A stretch of DNA of 59,890 nt, filler included, from Trypethelium eluteriae (taxonomy: Eukaryota), in NCBI GenBank assembly GCA_051942245.1. It is 3 parts of 3 records of this genome, joined end to end, with 100 filler letters (N's around TTAATTAATTAA, not from the genome) between each part and the next. Parts side by side here need not be neighbours in the genome. Positions count along the whole stretch, not along the records: positions 1 to 19,924 come from JAVECL010000510.1; 2 more parts are not named here. The stretch is one strand, 5' to 3'. The notes beneath the pieces were generated by a model. That model made no database searches. It had not been told where the DNA came from and saw nothing but the letters and a program-made list of their open reading frames with translations. How positions within the stretch are numbered: the stretch's first letter is position 1; each line of letters opens with the position of its first letter. Below, in pieces: positions 1 through 10,786 of the stretch. Position numbers and translations under genes: made by a program.

Positions 1-196
1 GCTCGCCGAGGATGTAGTCTGGGTTTTGGATTAACTGATTCGTTTATTTGGCGTTGCAGGTAAATGAAGATTGCTGCTGTACATGGAGTAGGTTGGGATC
101 GAAAATCGACTTACGATAGGTTTGGCCATTGAGATTGGCGAAGTTGTTGGCTGTGATGCGGGGATCTTGGAATAGTGGAAGCGTGGGAGACGCCAT
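1..196 (-). CDS. 5' end of an alpha/beta hydrolase, probably soluble epoxide hydrolase-like (truncated by window start); exons 196-115 and 18-1
   Basis: ATG at 196; GTAAGT donor at 114, CAG acceptor at 19. Spliced peptide MASPTLPLFQDPRITANNFANLNGQTYHYILGE resembles the DPR...LNG.TYHY N-terminus of fungal epoxide hydrolases. Only 33 aa are visible. Confidence 0.6.
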
Positions 197-736
197 TTTG
201 GAGGATTAATCAGATAGTGTTGTTGGATACTAACTGCTAGTGCTTAATATTCTTCAATGTATCTTTCCACCGTCTTCATCTCCAGTGGAGTTGGCCGAGG
301 GAGATGTTACTGAAGTGCTGAGCATCTACTGTGCCGGGAGCCTCGGATAAGAATTACTCTTCATGCGGCATGTTTACTCAACCAGCCAGGATCGGAACTT
401 CGCGCCATATGTGCTAATCGTCAGGCTCTTAGCTCTTTAAGTTCAATTCAATTGAAGCGCTAGTCTCTTTATCACTCGTCTGCTCAGCATAAGGTACCTT
501 CCTTGAGACTATCCTTAGCATAGTACCTCACATCAATTACTCTATGACGTCACAGGGGAACCGGATTCTGACGCGTCAAAAGTTTATAATGGCTACGCAG
601 CTTTCCATTTCTAGATCAACTGGCACAAGCATTCATGTGTGCGGAGAGCCGAGTCTAGGAACAAAGCCACTACCATGCAAAGAGGCAAGGAAATAGGTCA
701 TGTCAGCTCGTCCTCCACTTCGTCAGAACAGAGTAT

Positions 737-3700
737 TCAGTGACCCAATTGCGCATCGCTAACAAAATGGCCGCCAGCAGCACATCGATATCCACCGTTC
801 TGCTTGATCCATCTGTAACCCACAGGACAAACACCCATCGATCTCAGCTTGGCCTGTGCCTGAGCTTCCTCTTTTCTTCTCTTTGCCTCCTCTTTTCGCT
901 GCCGCTCAATCTTCGCCAATTCCTCCTCACGAGCCCGGCGTGCCAATTCATGCTCGATGCGAGCTTGCTCTAACCGTCTTCTCGCATCATCAGCTTCGGC
1001 AGTATTGCTTTTTTCGACTTGCTCCTGCAGATTCTTCTCCTCTGCTCTTTCCTTTTTCGACGACTCCGTGTGAGCGTCTTCCTGCACCTGTTGTCTGGCA
1101 AGAAGATCCCGGTATGCTTTCACTCGGTCCTCAGCAGCGCGTTTATCCTCTTGCAACTTCGCCCAAACCGCGTCGCTGACTCCGTCATCACGTTCCTCGC
1201 CTGTCGGACTTTGCGTCGCTGGAGCGGGTGGAGGCGGAGGTTTGACTTCTTCGGGTTCGGCACTCGCCGAGGTGGACATGGGTGGCTGCGAGGGTGGGTC
1301 CAGCGTCATTGTATCGACTGGTAACGTCTTTCTTGGCTTCGAGAACCTTTGGTTCTGTGCCTCACGGCCGCGTGTAGACCGTTCTGAGATCATGGAGTCC
1401 AGCTCTGCGAAGACAATTTCTTCCGTAACTACTATTAACTCATCCTTCTGCTTGGCCGATCTGATGATCTTGCCAAAGATGTTCTTCGACAAAGTTTGAA
1501 CATCACGTGCATTTGCCCAATTGGCCAAGCCCGAGAGAATCTCAAATTTGGCAAGGAGCTTGGCTAGATTCTCTGCACTTGGGTTCGTCAATACCCGAGA
1601 GTCTAGATGTTTCTTTCTTTCAAGTTGTTCGGCGAGTAATTGGACACATTCTGCAGAAGACAAGCTCTTGAAGACGATGGCTTCTGGGAATCGACTCGTC
1701 AGACCTGGATTGATGGCCATAAGACGATTGATGTCGGCATCATAACCTGCAAGGATAGTAATGAGCTTCCCTGCAAATTTAGGTTTCGTAAGGGAGTCAA
1801 CAATCTCATCCATGGCCTCCTTGGCAAAATGCCCTTCAGCAAGGCGATAAGCTTCGTCAATGAAGAGGATCTTTCCAAGGGCTTTCTCAAGCTTGTCTTG
1901 CGTCTTCGGTCCAGTCTGCCCAACATATTGACCGACTAAGTCACTTGCAGAGCATTCGACAACCTCTCCACTTGCCAAGAAGCCCATATCATAATATATC
2001 TTGCCCATTTTTCTTGCTGTTGTCGTTTTACCGGTACCTAAACGGAATAAATTAGCGCCATATTGCAAACCATGCAGCGAAAGGCTTTACCTGGGGGACC
2101 CCGGAAAAGGAAATTGAAAGCTATTTGCTCTCGTGGATCCATGTTGCGAGCCTTCATGTTCGCCACCACCTGCTGGTATCCCTCCAGCTGCGAAATGAGG
2201 TCTTCACAACCGACAACTCCTTCAAAGAGCTTGCGCACGTTCGTGGAGGCTCTCTCACCGCGATTGAAGTCCTCGTCGAAGTCTACCGCTTCTAAAGTGG
2301 CGTGCTTTTGCGTCTGACGTGCGGAAAGACGCTTCTGATGCCTCGCCTTGGCAGCATTGAGAAGATTGTCGATTTCTCCGGCGTTTCCAAAATTCGGGCG
2401 ATTACGCGCTCGTTGGAGCACTTCAAGGGCCACCCTCTTCCCCTGATCTGTCGCGTCGTATGCTTGCTGCTTCAATTTCAGAGCGAGAATCTTTTGCAGT
2501 TCGTCATCGGTGAAATCCTCGAAGACGAAGGCTGCATCAAGTGGGAAACGACGACTGAAACCTGGATTGACGTTCTGAAACATTCGCTCCATCTGATCTT
2601 TGTATCCAAGAAGTAATACACAGCGATCCTCTCCCGGCGTGCTTTGGACTTCTGCAACGATAGTATCTACGATTGCAGCCCTAAATGGGTCTGAGAAGGA
2701 CCCGCTCCCCGTTGTACCCTGGTTGCCGTAGAGCCCATATGCTTCGTCGATGACGAGAACCTTGCCAATAGTCGATGCAAGGATTCCTTTTGTGTTTTTT
2801 TCTGATTCGCCCATGACGGCCCCCACGAAATCAGATGGGTTTTTGACAACGACTTGACAAGTCTATTAACAAGAGGTGGTTAATTTTGCTTGGGTTTTCT
2901 CACCTTCACCATTGGAGAGTAAACCAAGATCGACAAGTATCTTCCCATACAATTTTGCAACCGACGTTTTACCAGTGCCCGGTGACCCTAGGAAGACTCG
3001 ATTCAAACTGTACTCTACGATCGGCTGTTCTTCCAGCTCCCTCTTATAATTGTACTGAATGCTGTCTAGTAAGACTTGAATGGATGTCTTTACGGAACCG
3101 AGGCCAATCATCCCCTGGAGCTTAACCCAAGTATCGTTGTTTCTCAATGCCACCGAAGGTTCCGGCCCTATAAGATCAATTTTTGTCAGCAACATGTCGT
3201 CAGGGCGTTTTCCAGCCCGTCTCTGTTTTTGAAGGCGCTTGGCCTGGCGAGCCGTTACTGCGGCAAACGTGTTTTCAACAGTGCGAGCATTTCCGAACCC
3301 TTCACGACCGCGTCCGCGTCCGATTCGGCGCGAGACAATTCGAGAATAGAGCCCATTGAGTCCATCCTCAACCTTCATTCGGCCGTCCCACTTCCTCCCA
3401 ATCTTGAACTTCAAGATCTGCAGAAGTTCTGTGTCTTCGTAGTCGGCGAACTGCATCTGGTATGGGAAACGACTTGGTATGCCAGGGTTGTGGGTGAAGA
3501 AGGATTCCATTTGTTTGTTGTATCCCGCGATGATGAATACGATCTTGCCCGTGAGGTTTTCGACTTCAGCTAGGAGAAAGTCAAGCACCGCGCCAGCACC
3601 GTAGCTCTGCCCGGAGGTGAGCTGGTATGCCTCATCAATGAACAAGGCGCCGCCTCCTTTGTTAAGGATCTCCTCGATGTGCTTTTTACAGCCAGGCACA

Positions 3701-6700
3701 CCATCATTAGCAAGTCGTGAGCCTGTCGTTTCGACAAAGAAATTCCCTGGTAAAGCGCCGACGGAAGTCAAGAATCTAGCGTAAATGCGGGCAACCGTTG
3801 TTTTACCTTTAGAAGGTCAGTGGATGCGTTTTGTAAAAAATTTCAAATGTCTGCAGTACCTGTCCCTGGATTTCCAAGTAGAGAGGCACTAAACCTTTCG
3901 TCCTTCATGTCCACGCCTTGCCTCACAGAAGTATCGACTTTGTCTTTGATGGTCAGGAATTGGTCTTTGACGTCCTCCAGTCCTATCATCTTCATCAAAT
4001 CATCCAAAGCGTCATTTTGTGCACCTTCATGACCCTTTTGGCGTTGCCACACAGCCCGAGCACTTGACACATGATCGACAAGATCTTCCTTCGTGTCAAT
4101 CTGCGGCTTATTGGACGGATTTGTCAGTGGTACAGAAATATCTTCCGTTGCCGGAGACTTCTCCTTCATCTCCAGATCTTGGTTCTCCACCCTGTTGGTT
4201 GCCTTTGAGGCTTTTCTTTCGGCATTCTTCTTGATGTTTTCCAGATCCGTTCTGTGTTGTTGAAGTACCTTTTCACGTTCGTTGTCATTAGATTCATCCC
4301 TCAGAATCCGTCTTTGGTGGGCAATCTCGTCCTGTAGTTCAGCAAGTTCCTGAGCGTATCGCTTTTGTTTGGCAGCACGCTGAACTTCAAGATCATGATC
4401 CCGTTTTTGTCGCTCTTTCAATCTCCGGTCTTCATCAGCGCATAGACGACAGCCTCTACTCTTCTGAGAACATTTGTACGACATTTTGTGGTCTCGTGGA
4501 CAAGTAACTTCGATGATTGCAGGGCACGGCACCTTGGAATGGTCTACCAATTGATGGCATTGACGGGGGCAGTCGTGCATATTACAGTTGAGCTTAGTTC
4601 CACAAGGGGCTGAACAGCCGCCATCGGGGCACTGAGATTCAAACTCCTCTGGACATTGAAGTAACATGTCCTTGTCTGGGTGCTTCTCACACTTAACAGG
4701 TATACCGTCGTAAATGTGGTTCTGCTCTTTCAGCTGGTTGAGAAACGGCACCCAGACCTCCTTACCCTTGCGACTATTCGAGAATGTCTTTGAGTTTCCA
4801 ATCATTACAAGCGCATCGCGAGCTCTGGACAAGAGAACGTTTAACCTTTCTGGAGCTGCCATGAAACCAATGTCCGCAGCCTCGTTGCCACGCGTCAAAG
4901 ATACAATGACAATGTCGCTCTCTTCGCCCTGATAATTGTCAATAGTGGATATCCTGATCTTTCGCTTTGAGACTTGAGCATTAGCAGGGGTCATGAGACC
5001 CGCCCGAACCAGATCAAAAGAATCGATATCGTTTAGAACTGGATCGTTTTCTTCGCTCAAACGATTTCGTAGGAGATGCAGTTGGGCAAGGTATGGAGTT
5101 AAGATTACCTGCTTGTCGGTCCCATAGCCCTGTTGCGCTAGATATTTGACACATTTCACCACCATGTCAACTTCGAAAAGATTTTGTTTGCTAGACTTTG
5201 AGCCTTGGTCTCGCCGGTCGGGGACGTCGCTAAGCTCGGATTCCATGTGCTCGTGGTTGAAGAATATGACCCGGTCTCTGAGTCCTCGAACACGGGGACG
5301 ATTCATGGTTTTCGGAGCATCTTCGAGATCTGGATAGGTAAGCCTCTTGACGAGACTTGAGATCTCGGGGCACATCCTATGTTGCTTTTGCAGAATAGTA
5401 TGGGGATAATCGGCACGAACCAAACGCTCGAACATGGAACGATTGAGATCGTACCCCTCGTCCTTTTCAACTGTGAGAGTGTAGTTGTTGACTTTGGGAC
5501 GAAGCTGCTGATGGTCCCCGATAAGAACAAGCTGCTTCGTCTCCGCTGTCATTGCAGTCAAAATATGGCTTTCCAAGATTTCGCCCGCTTCTTCTACAAT
5601 AATAATTCCAGGATTAGCATTCTGCAGTTCACATGTATACTTGGCAGCTGCAGTTGTCGTGCATCCAATGATACGTTTCTCCTTGAGAATGGTAGCGCTC
5701 TTTTCGTTCCACATCTCACTTAAACGGGTTTGACGGTCGTCCATACGCTGGACCAGACTAATTATTTTCACAATCCTTTCCTGAACCAATGCTTGCTTCC
5801 AGGTGTTGATACGCTCTTGCCTTGAAGCTAAATCCATTCCCCAAATCGTGGCGTGCTTAGGGTCAAGATTTTTTGAGTAGACTCCAGGATTACGACCATT
5901 GAGCCACTGATTGAGTAGATAATGTTGGTCCACAGATCTTCCACGGCTTCCAATCCTGGTCATGCCATCTTCCTCATGCGGTATAACGAATGCATCATAG
6001 AATGCCGAATCTTCGAATTCCAGATGCTCGAGTAACTCGTGATTGGTATATTTGAAATCTCGGAACGAGGCAACGGCTGCTTTAAGCTTCTTCTCAATTT
6101 CCCTGGCTTCCTCGTTGAAGTGGTCCATGAGTGCATAGGATGCATATGTTCGTCTATATTTGGATTCTTGTCTCTGGATATTCAGAGACTCAGTCCGCGT
6201 CGTGGATTTGAATCCCAGGCGGACGATCGCAGCAGGTGGGATTCCGATATCCAAAAGGTCTTCCAAATATTGGTCAAGCGCATGATTGGTAAACGCCATA
6301 ACTAATATCTTTTCGCTCGTGTGATCATAGAGGAGCTTCGCAATCAGCGCACCGACGAATGATTTGCCCGTGCCTGTTACAGTATGAGCTTGAGGAAAGA
6401 GCATCAGATCTAGATGGATAGTGTACCGGGAGGACCCTGAATGAGACTCAAGGACTGTTTCAGCCCGGCAAGCAATGAACTGGTTTGTGATGCGTCTAAA
6501 TTGATCTCCTGCGATGCTCCAATTAGATGACCCAAGCGATGCCCACCAGAATCCTCAATTTCTTCTACAACGCCGTCTGGACAAATTGGCGATGCGCTTG
6601 CATTCTTGTTTGGATCCAGCTGCAACACCTGATCGGCTAAAGGGAGCTCGGTCTTGTCCTGAAGACATTTCAGTATCGGTTCGTACGCGAATACTGGTGT

Positions 6701-7912
6701 ATCCACTAGTAAGAACTGAAGCTTGTTGGATTCTCTGGAAGCAATAAGAGCCCTTTGAAAAGCCGCTCCTCCAGCGATATGCAGTAGAATGACGGAAGGA
6801 CTCAAGACTAGAAGGTCTTCGTTTCGGTCGATGTTTGCAAAAGCGATAATTTCCTTTCCGTCGTAAAGACAGCCGAAAGCTTGGTGCCGTATGAAATTCT
6901 TATTCTCAGCGACGTAAGCCTTGCGCTGAGCCAGATCTAGGCCGCGTAGCTGATGATGTGCAGATAAGCACCGCAGGGCTAAGCTGCAGGGTTTCCGCTT
7001 TTTTTCAGTGCCGCAATCCATTCCCTCAAGAGACAGTCCATGAAGGGGGGCGAGTGGACGCCTTCCCTTCTTCTGACCGGTAGCAACCTGAAGGTCGTTT
7101 CGAAGTTCACCGAGTAGATCCTCCCGTAGAAGGCGAAACTGGTTATCAAGATGAACCGCAGGACGTTGATCTGGGTCGATATCAAGAACTTCATCCGCCC
7201 GACGATAGAAAGGTCTCTCCTTGGACATGAACTCATCAGCCGATGGCAAAATGGCAATCTTGCGGAAATCGGCAAAGTCGTTGTCGTGCCGACCACCAGG
7301 ATAGTTCTCAATCTGATTGAAGTTTGTAGACGATCGGAGGAGGAGCACATGTTGTATTTTGTGACCAAAGGTGCGAATCTCATGACTAGGCGAGTTGAGA
7401 AGAAGCCGGTTCGCTGTCACTGTTTCCCCAGCCTTTTAGATATCGATGTTGGATTCTGTTGTCGGAGATGATAGTATCTCCAAGAGCAACCATGCGAGAG
7501 CCCGAAGAGAATTCTCATTTAGCTCTTTGTCAAGGGCGAACTGAAGCAGAGCGTCCCACAAAGTCGGAGGGTCGACAATGACACGTAGAATCTGCTTCAA
7601 GAGCATTCCGTTGCAAAGTTGCTTCAGCGCTGAATCTGATAAATAATTGAGAAATGCTCCGCCAAGACCATTAAGAAAGCTTATGGAGACGTCGAATCTA
7701 AGGCCTAGTCGAAGGGACACCATAGCCGAGGAGCTTGCAACAACCTTTTCGATGCAACTTGCGTGGTCTTCCTGGTCACATATTGCCTCGAAAAATAATC
7801 TGGCATCAGATGCATTTTTCACAGTTCGTTTTTCTTGGAGGACCGCACGGAAATACTTCGACAATCGCGAGGAGCGAGCAGCTCCCGCTTCTGGATCTGC
7901 CATGGAAGACAT
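737..7912 (-). CDS. ~2320-aa ZNFX1-like Upf1-type SF1 helicase + NFX1-type Cys/His zinc region + coiled coil + three CbbX/SpoVK-type AAA+ modules + C-terminal Cys/His domain; exons 7912-6427, 6373-3860, 3806-2904, 2852-2091, 2037-737; in-frame TAA at 7438-7436 (possible pseudogene allele or sequencing error)
   Basis: SF1 motifs QGPPG|TGKS, AFTNHALDQYLE, IIGCTTT, VEEAGE, LIGDHQQLRP, QHRM, STIDNYQGEESD, RLNVLLSRAR. AAA+ Walker A GNPGTG|KT, GSPGTGKT, GPPG|TGKT; Walker B IDEAY x3; NPG..SRF/RRF x3. Four GT-AG introns join the ORF-track pieces in frame (6966 nt, divisible by 3). Confidence 0.85.
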
Positions 7913-8443
7913 TTTTGGAACCCCAACGCCAGCGCTAGATATAGCTGTAGTGTGTCTGTCGGATAATTAATCTCCCAAAAAGCACAGACGGTCGATTTGA
8001 GGGTTGGAGTGATTCTTGGATATTGGCAGAAGGTCAATCTCACCACTTGCGTTGAGTCCTTGATGCGGCTGCACAGTGCCGCGATCGCATCTCCAAAGCA
8101 AACGGAAAAGAGGAGACGCAACGATGAAAAGGTTGTCGCGATGAAACGAGGAAAATGGCACGAATCGACATATGTTGCACAACAGATACCCCACTCTGCA
8201 AGCTTCCATTCTAGGTCCCCCTCAAGCAAATATCTATGGACAGATACGTGATGTAAGCTAGTCGGTGAGGGAACGACGTTCATCAGGCTGCTGCGATCTG
8301 CGATTTGCTATAGGATCCTTGCCTGTACATGCTGGCTTATGAATTATGCCGGTGGGTACTCCTCAGAGTTAAAATCATCTCAGTGATCTCCTTACTGAAC
8401 TGCTGTTGACCAAAAACTTGTGCTATTTTTCGAAGAGCCATCG

Positions 8444-9998
8444 ATGTCTTCTAGTGGACGATCTTCACAGGCCTGGAGAGGGGGCCACTCTCGCGGTGGT
8501 CCTACGTCAGGAACATTTAGAGGAGGCAAACCTTTCCCAGGACAGCGTTCTGGAGCATTTGCACGACAGCCAGAACTTGATGCACTACCGTCACCCACAG
8601 GCCCGATCCTCTTGAAGATAGGCCAACGCGACATCGTAGATTCATCAAGCGAGGATGTAGGTTCAAGCAAGATTACTGACCTCAATTATGCAGTCTCATA
8701 CAACTGGCTGGATAAGGATGGGCCAACGATTAAGGTTCCTGGTTAGTTGAAGATGGTCTGATTGATGAAGCCTTACTGATTTCCTTGAAGGAAGACCTCC
8801 TACCTGGACACCACTGGCCAAGCCTGTAAAACTCTCCCAAGATTCTGGTACTTATTATCGCGACTTGAATGCCGCTCATTATCCTAAATTTCCGATGGAA
8901 CCTGCTGCACAAGCCCTGCTCAAAGAACAGCCGGAATTCTTGTGCAAGGATGTTGATGTCGTTGCCTGTGGAAGTACGCTTGGCAACATCCTTCGCTTTG
9001 TCCGTAAGACCGAGAAGACGTTTCGGTTCGTTGTTGAAGCGGTAGGAGACACGGTGTTCTTCATTCGCAAGGAAAAGTCGCCCAGGGAGACCATTCCTAA
9101 CGTTCGAGGTTATGGTCACTCATTTCCGGAGGCCTATACCACGTGGGAATGTGATGTTAAGGGCTCGACATCTCACCAGAGAGTTATTAGCTACCGCTTC
9201 GGGGACCTTCACCTGCTTTTACGCTTCGAAAGTGATGGATATCTTCGCAATCTTACCAAACTGCCTGGCAAGGCGAGCGATCTGGACCGTTCGAAATCTT
9301 TTGGGCAAGGTTCGAAAGAGACGGATCCAGACAATCTATCGAGTCTCCTAGAGACGACCGCTATGCAGCAGAGATTTCGGGACTCGCAAGACGCACTTGA
9401 GATCATTTCCGGGAATGAGAGCATTATCCCACAAGATGCCTTGTTTGATCTCAAGACCCGAGCCGCTTACAGAAAAGGCGAAGACACTCTCGCAGAGGAA
9501 CTTCCACGTCTCTGGATCTCTCAGATTCCCAACTTCATTCTCGCGTATCATGACTATGGTGTCTTTGAAGATATCCAAGTCACCAATGTCCGTGAAGAGG
9601 TGCTTAAGTGGGAACGGGAAAATCAAGACACCTTGCAGCAGTTTGCAGTCCTCCTCAGAAAGCTCATCGAGGTTGCGAGGAGCATGCCTGGCGAAGTCAT
9701 CGAAGTTCGACGCGCAGAATCTGACACCTTGGAATTGCGAGAGTATGCTGAGGAGGTGCCGCCTCTAGCTCTCCCTCCCAAACTGGAAGCCCGCTGGCTG
9801 GGAGAATCCATTGCTCCGCAATCGCCACTCGATGAAGACAAAGGCCGCGGACTTGAGGAAGATGATCTTGACTACGCAGCTGGTGGAGGGGTAATGATAG
9901 GCTCGGACGAGGATTGGTATCAATCCGAAGAGTCGGAGAAGGATTATACAGCTTGCTCGGCTGAAGATTGCGGCTACTGTGGTCACTGCAGCTATTAA
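8444..9998 (+). CDS. 501-aa protein with Rai1/DXO-like (PD-(D/E)xK) nuclease motifs and a C-terminal CxxxxCxxCxxC tail; exons 8444-8741, 8791-9998
   Basis: ATG at 8444; 49-nt intron GTTAGT...CTGAT...AAG joins ORFs 8420 and 8865 in frame (PTIKVPG|RPPTWTP). Motifs GYGHSFPE, RFESDG, DLKTR, RLWISQ. The gene model is solid; the nuclease assignment is inference. Confidence 0.7.
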
Positions 9999-10786
9999 GG
10001 GCTCGACGAATAACGGCCAATGTTTCTAAGACTCAAGTCTGTCAATTTTTATGTAACATTCCACTGACCTTTCATCTTCGGATACGGAATAACTGATGGT
10101 GAAACTATTCCACCTGGGTAAATCGCGCAGTGGTCTCTGAGTGCTGGCTTGTTTTGGATGCAGACACCAGCAGCACCGCATTTAGCAGTGAGTTCAGTTA
10201 TCAATGCCTCCATTTCTTGCCGACCCTTTCATCACATCATGTACCATTCTGAAGCGGGATGATCCTATTGGCCAAATTCGAAGATTCCCTTTCCAGGCTG
10301 GCAGGTCCTCGGACCCGCCGGCTTGGGACCTTCGGATTCACTTCAAGGGCCACAGGCTGTGCATTCAGGAGTGCTTCCACTGCCGAACAAAGAGGCAGGT
10401 CAAAGAAAAGGTGAACACATTGGTGTAAAAGAGAGTCGTGGCGTGTCTCCGTGCGAAAGAAATTTGGTCAGCTACCTAGCGCCAAAGCTCATGACGTCAC
10501 TTCGAATTGAGGCTTCGGGCTGCCCATTTCACTGCCCATTCACCCATCCAGAAGCTACAACTCGAGTGTCCGTGAAATTTTAGGTACCCATGATGTCATT
10601 ATGGAGTGTGTCTTCTTTTGTATTTGCTATCAATGCGATGTTGCGGGCAGGATTGTTCAGAATCTCTTCGCCATATGCTTCCTACATACATCACTTAGCA
10701 CCTTCCTCTTCTATCCTATTTCACAATAATAGCTAAGGATCTGAGCTTTTCAATCTATCCAATCTTCACTCTAATAATAGCACTTC

